Part shown: positions 13,601 through 28,000 of the stretch, piece after piece
How the letters are laid out: each line of letters begins with the position of its first letter
Numbering within the stretch: the first letter of the stretch is position 1
NCBI GenBank assembly: GCA_964016885.1
Contig: OZ024744.1
Location: forward strand, 18,104,001 to 18,168,000
Origin: Eledone cirrhosa
Lineage: Eukaryota
Direction: 5' to 3'
DNA length: 64,000 nt
Notes under the pieces: model-generated
Told to the model about the DNA's origin: nothing
Databases searched by the model: none
The model's input: only the letters and a program-made list of their open reading frames with translations
Program-made: the position numbers and the translations under genes

Positions 13601-16600
13601 TGTCACTGTGTGTTTCTGTATGTCTGTGTCTATGTGTATGTCACTGTATCTTTGTGTATGTCTGTGTCACTGTATGTCACTGTGTGTTTCCGTATGTCTG
13701 TGTGACTGTGTATGTCGCTGTGTGTTTCTGTATGTCTGTGTCACTGTGTATGTCACTGTGTGTTTATGTATGTCTGTGTCACTGTCTATGTCGCTGTATG
13801 TTTCTGAATGTCTGTGTCACTGTGTATGTCACTGTGTGTTTCTGTATGTCGGTGTCACGGTGTATGTCACTGTATGTTTGTGTGTGTCTATGTCACTGTG
13901 TATGTCACTGTGTGTTTCTGTATGTCTGTGTCACTGTGTATGTCACTGTGTGTTTCTGTATGACTGTGACACTGTGTATGTCTGTGTCACTGTGTATGTC
14001 ACTGTGTGTTTGTGTATGTCTGTGTCACTGTCTATGTGACTGTATCTTTCTGAATGTCAGTGTCACTCTCTATATCACTGTATGTTTCTGTATGTCTGTG
14101 TCACCGTGTATGTCACGGTATCTTTGTGTATGCCTGTGTCACTGTGTATGTCACTGTGTGTTTCTGTATTGCTGTGTCACTGTGTATGTCACTAAATGTT
14201 TGTGTGTGTCTGTGTCTCTGTGTATGTCACTGTGTGTTTGCGTGTGTCTGTGTCACTGTGTATGTCACTGTGTGTTTCTGTATGTCTGTGTGACTGTGTA
14301 TGTCACTGTGTGTTTGTGTATGTCTGTGTCACTGTATGTTTCTGAATGTCTGTATCACTGTGTATGTCACTGTGTGTTTCTGTATGTATGTATCACCGTG
14401 TATGTCACTGTATCTTTGTGTATGCCTGTGTCACCGTGTATGTCACTGTGTGTTTCTGTATGTCTGTGTCACTGTGTATGTCACTGTGTGTTTCTGTATG
14501 TTTGTATCACTGTGTATGTCACTAAATGTTTGTGTGTGTCTGTGTTAGTGTGTGTGTTTCTGTATGTCTGTGTCACTGTGTATGTCACTGTATGTTTCTG
14601 TATGTATGTGTCACTGCGTATGTCACTGTATCTTTGTGTATGTCTGTGTCACTCTGTATGTCACTGTGTGTTTCTGTATGTCTGTGTCAATGTGTATGTC
14701 ACTGTGTGTTTCTGTATGTCTGTGTCACTGTGTATGTCACTGTATGTTTCTGTATGTCTGTTTCACTGTGTATGTCACTGTGTGTTTCTGTATGTCTGTG
14801 TCACTCTGTATGTCACTGTATGTTTCTGAATGTTTGTGTCACTGTGTATGTCACTGTGTGTTTGCGTGTGTCTGTGTCACTGTGTCTGTCACTGTGTGTT
14901 TCTGTATGTCTGTGTGACTGTGTATGTCACTCTGTGTTTGTGTATGTCTGTGTCACTGTGTGTGTTTCTGTATGTCTGTGTCACTGTGTATGTCACTGTA
15001 TCTTTGTGTATGTCTGTGTCATTGTGTATGTCACTGTGTGTTTCTGTATGTTTGTGTCACTGTGTGTTTCTGTATATCTGTGTCTCTGTGTATGTTACTG
15101 TATCTTTGTGTATGTCTGTGTCACTGTGTATGTCACTGTATCTTTGTGTATGTCTGTGTCACGGTGTATATCACTGTATGTTTGTGTATGTCTGTGTCTC
15201 TCTATATGTCACTGTATGTTTCTGTATGTATGTGTCACTGTGTATGTCAATGTGTGTTTCTGTATCTCTGTGTCACTGTGTATGTCACTGTATGTTTGTG
15301 TATGTCTGTGTGACTGTGTATGTCACTGTATGTTACAGTATGTCTGTGTCACTGTGTATGTTACTGTGTGTTTCTGTATGTCTGTGTCACTGTGTATGTC
15401 ACTGTATATTTGTGTATGTCTGTGTCACTGTGTATGTCACTGTGTGTTTCTGTATGTCTGTGTCACTGTCTATGTCACTGTGTGTTTCTGTATGTCTGTG
15501 TCACTGTGTATGTCACTGTGTGTTTCTGTATATCTGTGTCTCTGTGTATGTCACTGTATCTTTGTGTATGTATGTGTCACTGTGTATGTCACTGTATCTT
15601 TGTGTATGTCGGTGTCACCGTGTATGTCACTGTAACGTTGTGTATATCTGTGTCACTGTGTATGTCACTGTATCTTTGTGTATGTCTGTGTCACTGTGTA
15701 TGTCACTGTGTGTTTCTGTATGTATGTGTCACGGTGTATGTCACTGTATGTTTGTGTATGTCTGTGTCACTGTGTAGGTCACTGTATCTTTGTGTATGTC
15801 TGTGTCACTGTGTATGTCACTGTGTGTTTCTGTATGTCTGTGTCACTGTGTATGTCTTTGTGTGTTTCTGTATGTCTGTGTCACTGCGTATATCACTGTA
15901 TATTTGGGTATGCCTGTGTCACGGTGTATGTCACTGTATGTTTCTGTATGTCTGTGTCACCCCTGTAAGTCATTGTATCTTTGTGTATGTCTGTGGCACT
16001 CTGTATGTCGTTGTGTGTTTCTGTATGTATGTGTCTCTGTGTATGTCACTGTATATTTGTGTATGTATGTGTCACTGTGTATGTCACTGTGAGTTTCTGT
16101 ATGTCTGTGTCACTGTCTATGTCACTGTATCTTTGTGTATGTCTGTGTCACTGTGTATGTCACTGTGTGTTTATGTATTTCTGTGTCTCTGTATATGTCA
16201 CTGTATCTTTGTGTATGCCTGCGTCACTGTGTATGTCACTGTATGTTTGTGTATGTCTGTGTCACTGTGTGTTTCTGTATATGTGTGTCACGGTGTATAT
16301 CACTGTATGTTTGTGTATGCCTGTGTCACGGTGTATGTCACTGTATGTTTGTGAGTATCTGTGTCACTGTGTATATCACTGTGTGTTTGTGTATGCCTGT
16401 GTCACTGTATGTTTCTGTATGTCTGTGTCACTGTGTATGGCACTGTGTGTTTCTGTATGTCTGTGTCACCGTGTATGTCACTGTATCTTTGTGTATGCAT
16501 GTGTAACTGTGTATGTCACTGTGTGATTCTGTATGTCTGTGTCACTGTGTATGTCACTGTGTGTTTCTGTATGTTTGTGTCACTGTGTATGTCACTAAAT

Positions 16601-19600
16601 GTTTGTGTGTGTCTGTGTCTCTATGTATGTCACTGTGTATTTGCGTGTGTCTGTGTCACTGTGTGTTTCTGTATGTCTGTGTGACTGTGTATGTCACTGT
16701 TTGTTTGTGTATGTCTGTGTCACTGTATGTTTCTGAATGTCTGTGTCACTGTGTATGTCACTGTGTGTTTCTGTATGTATGTGTCACCGTGTATGTCACT
16801 GTATCTTTGTGTATGCATGTGTCACTGTGTATGTCACTGTGTGTTTCTGTATGTCTGTGTCACTGTGTATGTCACTGTGTGTTTCTGTATGTTTGTGTCA
16901 CTGTGTGTGTTTCAGTATGTCTGTGTCACTCTGTATGTCACTGTATGTTTCTGAATGTTTGTGTCACTGTGTATGTCACTGTGTGTTTGCGTGTGTCTGT
17001 GTCACTGTGTATGTCACTGTGTGTTTTTGTATGTCTGTGTGGCTGTGTATGTCACTCTGTGTTTGTGTATGTCTGTGTCACTGTGTGTGTTTCTGTATGT
17101 CTGTGTCACTGTGTATGTCATTGTATCTTTGTGTATGTATGTGTCACTGTGTATGTCACTGTATCTTTGTGTATGTCTGTGTCATTGTGTATGTCACTGT
17201 GTGTTTCTGTATGTTTGTGTCACTGTGTATGTCACTGTGTGTTTCTGTATATCTGTGTCTCTGTGTATGTTACTGTATCTTTGTGTATGTCTGTGTCACT
17301 GTGTATGTCACTGTATCTTTGTGTATATCTGTGTCGCGGTGTATATCACTGTATGTTTGTGTATGTCTGTGTCACTCTATATGTCACTGTATGTTTCTGT
17401 ATGTATGTGTCACTGTGTATGTCAATGTGTGTTTCTGTATCTCTGTGTCACGGTGTATGTCACTGTATGTTTGTGTATGTCTGTGTGACTGTGTATGTCA
17501 CTGTATGTTACTGTATGTCTGTGTCACTGTGTATGTCACTGTGTGTTTCTGTATGTCTGTGTCACTGTGTATGTCACTGTATATTTGTGTATGTCTGTGT
17601 CACTGTGTATGTCACTGTGTGTTTCTGTATGTCTGTGTCACTGTCTATGTCACTGTATGTTTCTGAATGTCTGTGTAACTGTGTATGTCACTGTGTGTTT
17701 CTGTATGTCTGTGTCACGGTGTATGTCACTGTATGTTTGTGTGTGTATGTGTCAATGTGTATGTCACTGTGTGTTTCTGTATATCGGTGTCGCAGTGTAT
17801 GTCACTGTATCTGTGTGTATGCATGTGTCACTGTGTATGTCACTGTGTGTTTCTGTATGTCTGTGTCACTGTGTATGTCACTGTACCTTTGTGTATGTCT
17901 GTGTCACTGTGTATGTCACTGTGTGTTTCTGTATGTCTGTGTCACTGTGTATGTCACTGTGTGTTTCTGTATGTTTGTGTCAATGTGTATGTCACTAAAT
18001 GTTTGTGTGTGTCTGTGTCTCTGTCTATGTCACTGTGTGTTTGCGTGTGTCTTTGTCACTGTGTATGTCACTGTGTGTTTCTGTATGTCTGTGTCACTGT
18101 ATGTTTCTGTATGTCTGTTTCACTGTGTATGTCACTGTGTGTTTCTGTATGTATATGACACCGTGTATGTCACTGTATCTTTGTGTATGCCTTTGTCACT
18201 GTGTATGTCACTGTGTGTTTCTGTATGTCTGTGTCACTGTGTATGTCACTGTGTGTTTCTGTATGTTTGTGTCACTGTGTATGTCACTAAATGTTTGTGT
18301 GTGTCTGTGTCTCTGTGTATGTCACTGTGTGTTTGCGTGTGTCTGTGTCACTGTGTATGTCACTGTGTGTTTCTGTATGTCTGTATGACTGTGTATGTCA
18401 CTCTGTGTTTGTGTATGTCTGTGTCACTGTGTGTGTTTCTGTATGTCTGTGTCACTGTGTATGTCATTGTATCTTTGTGTATGTATGTGTCACTGTGTAT
18501 GTCACTGTGTGTTTGTGTATACCTGTGTCACTGTGTATGTTACTGTGAGTTTCTGTATGTCTGTGTCACTGTGTATGTCACTGTATATTTCTGTATGTCT
18601 GTGTCAGTGTGTATGTCACTGGGTGATTCTGTATGTCTGTGTCACACTGTATATCACTGTATCTTTGTGTAGGTCTGTGTCACCGTGTATGTCACTGTAT
18701 CTTTATGTATGTCTGTGTCACTGTATACGTCACTGTATCTTTGTGTATGTCTACGTCACTGTGTATGTCACTGTGTGTTTCTGTATGTCTGTGTCTTTGT
18801 GTATGTCACTGTACCTTTGTGTATGTCTGTGTCGCTGTGTATGTCACTGTGTGTTTCTGTATGTCTGTGTCACTGTGTATGTCACTGTGTGTTTCTGTAT
18901 GTCTGTGTCACTATGTATGTCACTGTGTGTTTCTGTATGTTTGTGTCACTGTGTATGTCACTAAATGTTTGTGTGTGTCTGTGTCTCTGTCTATGTCACT
19001 GTGTGTTAGCGTGTGTCTTTGTCACTGTGTATGTCACTGTGTGTTTCTGTATGTATGTGTCACCGTGTATGTCACTGTATCTTTGTGTATGCCTTTGTCA
19101 CTGTGTATGTTACTGTGAGTTTCTGTATGTCTGTGTCAATGTGTACGTCACTGTATATTTCTGTATGTCTGTGTCAGTGTGTATGTCACTGTATCTTTAT
19201 GTATGTCTGTGTCACTGTATATGTCACTGTATCTTTGTGTATGTCTACGTCACTGTGTATGTCACTGTGTGTTTCTGTATGTCTGTGTCTTTGTGTATGT
19301 TACTGTACCTTTGTGTATGTCTGTGTCACTGTGTATGTCACTGTGTGTTTCTGTATATCTGTGTCACTGTGTATGTCACTGTGTGTTTCTGTATATCTGT
19401 GTCTCTGTGTATGTCACTGTATCTTTGTGTATGTCTGTGTCACTGTGTATGTCACTGTATCTTTGTGTATGTCGGTGTCACCGTGTATGTCACTGTAACG
19501 TTGTGTATCTCTGTGTCACTGTGTATGTCACTGTATCTTTGTGTATGTCTGTGTCACTGTGTATGTCACTGTGTGTTTCTGTATGTCTGTGTCACTGTCT

Positions 19601-22600
19601 ATGTCACTGTATGTTTCTGAATGTCTGTGTCACCGTGTATGTCACTGTATATTTATGTATGTCTGTGTCACTGTATATGTCACTGTATCTTTGTGTATGT
19701 CTACGTCACTGTGTATGTCACTGTGTGTTTCTGTATGTCTGTGTCTTTGTGTATGTCACTGTACCTTTGTGTATGTCTGTGTCACTGTGTATGTCACTGT
19801 GTTTCTGTATGTCTGTGTCACTGTGTATGTCACTGTGTGTTTCTGTATATCTGTGTCTCTGTGTATGTCACTGTATCTTTCTGTATGTCTGTGTCACCGT
19901 GTATGTCACTGTATCTTTGTGTATGTCGGTGTCACCTTGTATGTCACTTTAACGTTGTGTATCTCTGTGTCACTGTGTATGTCATTGTATCTTTGTGTAT
20001 GTCTGTGTCACTGTGTATTTCACTGTGTGTTTCTGTATGTATGTGTCACGGTGTATGTCACTGTATGTTTGTGCATGTCTGTGTCACTGTGTATGTCATT
20101 GTCAGTTTCTGTATGTCTGTGTCACTGTGTATGTCACTGTATCTTTGTGTATGTCTGTGTCACTGTGTATGTCACTGTGTGTTTCTGTATGTCTGTGTCA
20201 CTGTGCATGTCATTGTGTGTTTCTGTATGCCTGTGTCTCTGTGTATGTCACTGTATCTTTGTGTATCTCTGTGTCACGGTGTATGTCACTGTATATTTGT
20301 GTATGTCTGTGTCACTGTGTGTTTCTGTATGTCTGTGTCACTGTGTATATCACTGTATGTTTGTGTATGCCTGTGTCACGGTGTATGTCACTGTATGGTT
20401 GTGTGTGTCTGTGTCACTGTGTATGTCACTGTGTGTTTGTGTATGTCTGTGTCACTGTATGTTTCTGTATGTCTGTGTCACTGTGTATGTCACTGTGTGT
20501 TTCTGTATGTCTGTGTCACCGTGTATGTCACTGTATCTTTGTGTATGCCTGTGTCACTGTGTATGTCACTGTGTGATTCTGTATGTCTGTGTCACTGTGT
20601 ATGTCACTGTGTATTTGCGTGTCTGTGTCACTGTGTATGTCACTGTGTGTTTCTGTATGTTTGTGTGACTGTGTATGTCACTGTTTGTTTGTGTATGTCT
20701 GTGTCACTGTGTGTGTTTCTGTATGTCTGTGTCACTGTGTATGTCACTGTATATTTGTGTACGTCTGTGTTACTGTGTAAGTCATTATATCTTTGTGTAT
20801 GTCTGTGACACTCTGTATGTCACTGTGTGTTTCTGTATGTATGTATCACTGTGTATGTCAATGTGTGTTTCTGTATGTCTGTGTCACTGTGTAAGTCATT
20901 GTATCTTTGTGTATGTATGTGACACTCTGTATATCAATGTGTGTTTCTGTATTATGTGTCTCTGTGCATGTCACTGTATCTTTGTGTATGTATGTGTCAC
21001 TGTGTATGTCACTGTGTGTTTCTGTATGACTGTGTCACTGTGTATGTTACTGTGAGTTTCTGTATGTCTGTGTCACGGTGTATGTCACTGTATATTTTTG
21101 TATGTCTGTGTCAGTGTGTATGTCACTAGGTGTTTCTGTATGTCTGTGTCACACCGTATATCACTGTATCTTTATGTATGTCTGTGTCACTGTGTATGTC
21201 ACTGTGTGTTTCTGTATGTCTGTGTGACTGTGTATGTCACTGTGTGTTTCTGTATGTGTGTGTCACTGTGTATGTCACTGTGTGTTTCTGTATGTGTGTG
21301 TCACGGTGTATGTCACTGTATGTTTGTGTGTGTCTATGTCACTGTGTATGTCACTGTGTGTTTCTGTATGTCTGTGTCACCGTGTATGTCACTGTATCTT
21401 TGTGTATGCCTGGGTCACTGTGTATGTCACTGTGTGTTTCTGTATGTCTGTGTCACTGTGTATGTCACTGTGTGTTTCTGTATATCTGTGTCACGGTGTA
21501 TGTCACTGAATGTTTGTGTGTGTCTGTGTCACTGTGTATGTCACTGTGTGTTTCTGTATGTCTGTGTCACTGTGTATGTCACTGTATCTTTGTGTATGCC
21601 TGTGTCACTGTGTATGTCACTGTGTGTTTATGTATGTCTGTGTCACTATGTATGTCACTGTGTGTTTCTGTATGTTTGTGTCACTGTGTATGTCACTAAA
21701 TGTTTGTGTGTGTCTGTGTCTCTGTCTATGTCACTGTGTGTTAGCATGTGTCTTTGTCACTGTGTATGTCACTGTGTGTTTCTGTATGTATGTGTCACCG
21801 TGTATGTCACTGTATCTTTGTGTATGCATTTGTCACTGTGTATGTTACTGTGAGTTTCTGTATGTCTGTGTCAATGTGTACGTCACTGTATATTTCTGTA
21901 TGTCTGTGTCAGTGTGTATGTCACTGTATCTTTATGTATGTCTGTGTCACTGTATATGTCACTGTATCTTTGTGTATGTCTACGTCACTGTGTATGTCAC
22001 TGTGTGTTTCTGTATGTCTGTGTCTTTGTGTATGTTACTGTACCTTTGTGTATGTCTGTGTCACTGTGTATGTCACTGTGTGTTTCTGTATGTCTGTGTC
22101 ACTGTGTATGTCACTGTGTGTTTCTGTATATCTGTGTCTCTGTGTATGTCACTGTATCTTTGTGTATGTCTGTGTCACTGTGTATGTCACTGTATCTTTG
22201 TGTATGTCGGTGTCACCGTGTATGTCACTGTAACGTTGTGTATCTCTGTGTCACTGTGTATGTCACTGTATCTTTGTGTATGTCTGTGTCACTGTGTATG
22301 TCACTGTGTGTTTCTGAATGTATGTGTCACGGTGTATGTCACTGTATGTTTGTGTATGTCTGTGTCACTGTGTATGTCACTGTATCTTTGTGTATGTCTG
22401 TGTCACTGTGTATGTTACTGTGTGTTTCTGTATGTCTGAGTCACTGTGTATATCACTGTATGTTTGTGTGTGTCTGTGTCACTGTGTATGTCACTGTATG
22501 TCTCTGTATGTCTGTGTCACTGTCTATGTCACTGTATCTTTGTGTATGTCTGTGTCTCTGTGTATGTCACTGTATCTTTGTGTATGTCTGTGTCACTGTG

Positions 22601-23510
22601 TATGTCACTGTGTGTTTCTGTATGTCTGTGTGACTGTGTATGTCACTGTGTGTTTCAGTATGTCTGTGTCACTGTGTATGTCACTGTGTGTTTCTGTATG
22701 TCTGTGTCACTGTCTATGTCGCTGTATGTTTCTGAATGTCTGTGTCACTGTGTATGTCACTGTGTGTTTCTGTATGTCTGTGTCACGGTGTATGTCACTG
22801 TATGTTTGTGTGTGTCTATGTCACTGTGTATGTCACTGTGTGTTTCTGTATGTATGTGTCACCGTGTATGTCACTGTATCTTTGTGTATGCCTGGGTCAC
22901 TGTGTATGTCACTGTGTGTTTCTGTATGTCTGTGTCACTGTGTATGTCACTGTGTGTTTCTGTATGTCTGTGTCACTGTGTATGTCACTGTGTGTTTCTG
23001 TATATCTGTGTCACGGTGTATGTCACTGAATGTTTGTATGTGTCTGTGTCACTGTGTTTGTCGCTGTGTGTTTCTGTATGTCTGTGTCACTGTGTATGTC
23101 ACGGTATCTTTGTGTATGCCTGTGTCACTATGTATGTCAATGTGTGTTTCTGTATCTCTGTGTCACGGTGTATGTCACTCTATGTTTGTGTATGTCTGTG
23201 TGACTGTGTATGTCACTGTATGTTACTGTATGTCTGTGTCACTGTGTATGTCACTGTGTGTTTCTGTATGTCTGTGTCACTGTGTATGTCACTGTATATT
23301 TGTGTATGTCTGTGTCACTGTGTATGTCACTGTGTGTTTCTGTATGTCTGTGTCACTGTCTATGTCACTGTATGTTTCTGAATGTCTGTGTAACTGTGTA
23401 TGTCACTGTGTGTTTCTGTGTGTCTGTGTCACGGTGTATGTCACTGTATGTTTGTGTGTGTCTGTGTCACTGTGTATGTCACTGTGTGTTTCTGTATGTC
23501 TGTGTCACTA

Positions 23511-23861
23511 TGTATGTCACTGTGTGTTTCTGTATGTTTGTGTCACTGTGTATGTCACTAAATGTTTGTGTGTGTCTGTGTCTCTGCCTATGTCACTGTG
23601 TGTTAGCGTGTGTCTGTGTCACTGTGTATGTCATTGTGTGTTTCTGTATGCCTGTGTCACGGTGTATGTCACTGTATGGTTGTGTGTGTCTGTGTCACTG
23701 TGTATGTCACTGTGTGTTTCTGTATGTTTGTGTCACTGTGTATGTCACTAAATGTTTGTGTGTGTCTGTGTCTCTGCCTATGTCACTGTGTGTTAGCGTG
23801 TGTCTGTGTCACTGTGTATGTCATTGTGTGTTTCTGTATGCCTGTGTCACGGTGTATGTCA
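23511..23861. repeat. Short duplication at a 190-bp (5-monomer) offset
   Basis: The private variant tctctgcctatgtcactgtgtgttagcgtg occurs at 23581 and 23771, with about 160 bp of identical context. Confidence 0.9.
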
Positions 23862-25014
23862 GTGTATATTTGTGTATGTCTGTGTCACTGTGTGTTTCTG
23901 TATGTCTGTGTCACTGTGTATATCACTGTATGTTTGTGTATGCCTGTGTCACGGTGTATGTCACTGTATGGTTGTGTGTGTCTGTGTCACTGTGTATGTC
24001 ACTGTGTGTTTGTGTATGTCTGTGTCACTGTATGTTTCTGTATGTCTGTGTCACTGTGTATGTCACTGTGTGTTTCTGTATGTCTGTGTCACCGTGTATG
24101 TCACTGTATCTTTGTGTATGCCTGTGTCACTGTGTATGTCACTGTGTGATTCTGTATGTCTGTGTCACTGTGTATGTCACTGTGTATTTGCGTGTGTCTG
24201 TGTCACTGTGTATGTCACTGTGTGTTTCTGTATGTCTGTGTGACTGTGTATGTCACTGTTTGTTTGTGTATGTCTGTGTCACTGTGTGTGTTTCTGTATG
24301 TCTGTGTCACTGTGTATGTCATTGCATCTTTGTGTATGTCTGTGTCACTCTGTATGTCACTGTGTGTTTCTGCATGTCTGTGTCACTGTGTATGTCACTG
24401 TATATTTGTGTACGTCTGTGTCACTGTGTAAGTCATTATATCTTTGTGTATGTCTGTGACACTCTGTATGTCACTGTGTGTTTCTGTATGTATGTATCAC
24501 TGTGTATGTCAATGTGTGTTTCTGTATGTCTGTGTCACTGTGTAAGTCATTGTATCTTTGTGTATGTATGTGACACTCTGTATGTCAATGTGTGTTTCTG
24601 TATTATGTGTCTCTGTGCATGTCACTGTATCTTTGTGTATGTATGTGTCACTGTGTATGTCACTGTGTGTTTCTGTATGACTGTGTCACTGTGTATGTTA
24701 CTGTGAGTTTCTGTATGTCTGTGTCACGGTGTATGTCACTGTATATTTTTGTATGTCTGTGTCAGTGTGTATGTCACTAGGTGTTTCTGTATGTCTGTGT
24801 CACACCGTATATCACTGTATCTTTATGTATGTCTGTGTCACTGTGTATGTCACTATGTGTTTCTGTATGTCTGTGTGGCTGTGTATGTCACTGTGTGTTT
24901 CTGTATGTCTGTGTCACTGTGTATTTCACTGTGTGTTTCTGTATGTCTGTGTCACTGTCTATGTCGCTGTATGTTTCTGAATGTCTGTGTCACTGTGTAT
25001 GTCACTGTGTGTTT

Positions 25015-28000
25015 CTGTATGTGTGTGTCACGGTGTATGTCACTGTATGTTTGTGTGTGTCTATGTCACTGTGTATGTCACTGTGTGTTTCTGTATGTCT
25101 GTGTCACCGTGTATGTCACTGTATCTTTGTGTATGCCTGGGTCACTGTGTATGTCACTGTGTGTTTCTGTATGTCTGTGTCACTGTGTATGTCACTGTGT
25201 GTTTCTGTATATCTGTGTCACGGTGTATGTCACTGAATGTTTGTGTGTGTCTGTGTCACTGTGTATGTCACTGTGTGTTTCTGTATGTCTGTGTCACTGT
25301 GTATGTCACTGTATATTTGTGTATGTCTGTGTCACTGTGTATGTCACTGTGTGTTTCTGTATGTCTGTGTCACTGTCTATGTCACTGTATGTTTCTTAAT
25401 GTCTGTGTAACTGTGTATGTCACTGTGTGTTTCTGTATGTCGCTGTCACCGTGTATGTCACTGTATCTTTGTGTATGCCTGTGTCACTGTGTATGTCACT
25501 GTGTGTTTCTGTATGTTTGTGTCACTGTGTATGTCACTAAATGTTTGTGTGTGTCTGTGTCTCTGTCTATGTCACTGTGTGTTAGCGTGTGTCTTTGTCA
25601 CTGTGTATGTCACTGTGTGTTTCTGTATGTATGTGTCACCGTGTATGTCACTGTATCTTTGTGTATGCATTTGTCACTGTGTATGTTACTGTGAGTTTCT
25701 GTATGTCTGTGTCAATGTGTACGTCACTGTATATTTCTGTATGTCTGTGTCAGTGTGTATGTCACTGTATCTTTATGTATGTCTGTGTCACTGTATATGT
25801 CACTGTATCTTTGTGTATGTCTACGTCACTGTGTATGTCACTGTGTGTTTCTGTATGTCTGTGTCTTTGTGTATGTTACTGTACCTTTGTGTATGTCTGT
25901 GTCACTGTGTATGTCACTGTGTGTTTCTGTATGTCTGTGTCACTGTGTATGTCACTGTGTGTTTCTGTATATCTGTGTCTCTGTGTATGTCACTGTATCT
26001 TTGTGTATGTCTGTGTCACTGTGTATGTCACTGTATCTTTGTGTATGTCGGTGTCACCGTGTATGTCACTGTAACGTTGTGTATCTCTGTGTCACTGTGT
26101 ATGTCACTGTATCTTTGTGTATGTCTGTGTCACTGTGTATGTCACTGTGTGTTTCTGAATGTATGTGTCACGGTGTATGTCACTGTATGTTTGTGTATGT
26201 CTGTGTCACTGTGTATGTCACTGTATCTTTGTGTATGTCTGTGTCACTGAGTATGTTACTGTGTGTTTCTGTATGTCTGAGTCACTGTGTATATCACTGT
26301 ATGTTTGTGTGTGTCTGTGTCACTGTGTATGTCACTGTATGTCTCTGTATGTCTGTGTCACTGTCTATGTCACTGTATCTTTGTGTATGTCTGTGTCACT
26401 GTGTATGTCACTGTGTGTTTATGTATTTCTGTGTCACTGTATATGTCACTGTATCTTTGTGTATGTCTGCGTCACTGTGTATGTCACTATGTTTGTGTAT
26501 GTCTGTGTCACTGTGTAAGTCATTGTATCTTTGTGTATGTATGTGACACTCTGTATGTCAATGTGTGTTTCTGTATTATGTGTCTCTGTGTATGTCACTG
26601 TATCTTTGTGTATGTATGTGTCACTGTGTATGTCATTGTGTGTTTGTGTATGACTGTGTCACTGTGTATGTTACTGTGAGTTTCTGTATGTCTGTGTCAC
26701 GGTGTATGTCAGTGTATATTTTTGTATGTCTGTGTCAGTGTGTATGTCACTAGGTGTTTCTGTATGTCTGTGTCACACCGTATATCACTGTATCTTTATG
26801 TATGTCTGTGTCACTGTGTATGTCACTGTGAGTTTATGTATGTATGTGTCACTGTGTATGTCACAGTGTGTTTCTGTATGTCTGTGTCACTGTGTATGTC
26901 ACTGTATCTCTCTGTATGTCTGTGTCACTGTCTATGTCACTGTATCTTTGTGTATGTCTGCGTCACTGTGTATGTCACTGTGTGTTTCTGTATGGCTGTG
27001 TCTCTGTGTATGTCACTGTATCTTTGTGTATGTCTGTGTCACTGTGTATGTCACTGTGTGTTTCTGTATGTCTGTGTGACTGTGTATGTCACTGTGTGTT
27101 TCTGTATGTCTGTGTCACTGTGTATGTCACTGTGTGTTTCTGTATGTCTGTGTCACTGTCTATGTCGCTGTATCTTTGTGTATGTCTGCGTCAATGTGTA
27201 TGTCACTGTGTGTTTCTGTATGTCTGTGTCTCTGTGTATGTCACTGTATCTTTGTGTATGTCGGTGTCACGGTGTATGTCACTGTATGTTTGTGTGTGTC
27301 TATGTCACTGTGTATGTCACTGTGTGTTTCTGTATGTCTGTGTCACCGTGTATGTCACTGTATCTTTGTGTATGCATGTGTCACTGTGTATGTCACTGTG
27401 TGTTTCTGTATGTCTGTGTCACTGTGTATGTCACTGTGTGTTTCTGTATGACTGTGACACTGTGTATGTCACTTTATCTTTGTGTATGTCTGTGTCACTG
27501 TGTATGTCACTGTGTGTTTCTGTATGTCTGTGTCACTGTCTATGTCACTGTATGTTTCTGAATGTCTGTGTCACTGTGTATGTCACTGTGTGTTTCTGTA
27601 TATCTGTGTCACGGTGTATGTCACTGAATGTTTGTGTGTGTCTGCGTCACTGTGTATGTCACTGTGTGTTTCTGTATGTCTGTGTCTCTGTGTATGTAAC
27701 TGTATCTTTGTGTATGTCGTTGTCACGGTGTATGTCACTAAATGTTTGTGTGTGTCTGTGTCTCTGTGTATGTCACTGTGTGTTTGCGTGTGTCTGTGTC
27801 ACTGTGTATGTCACTGTGTGTTTCTGTATGTCTGTGTGACTGTGTATGTCACTAGGTGTTTGTGTATGTCTGTGTCACTGCATGTTTCTGAATGTCTGTG
27901 TCACTGTGTATGTCACTGTGTGTTTCTGTATGTATGTGTCACCGTGTATGTCACTGTATCTTTGTGTATGCCTGTGTCACTGTGTATGTCACTGTGTGTT

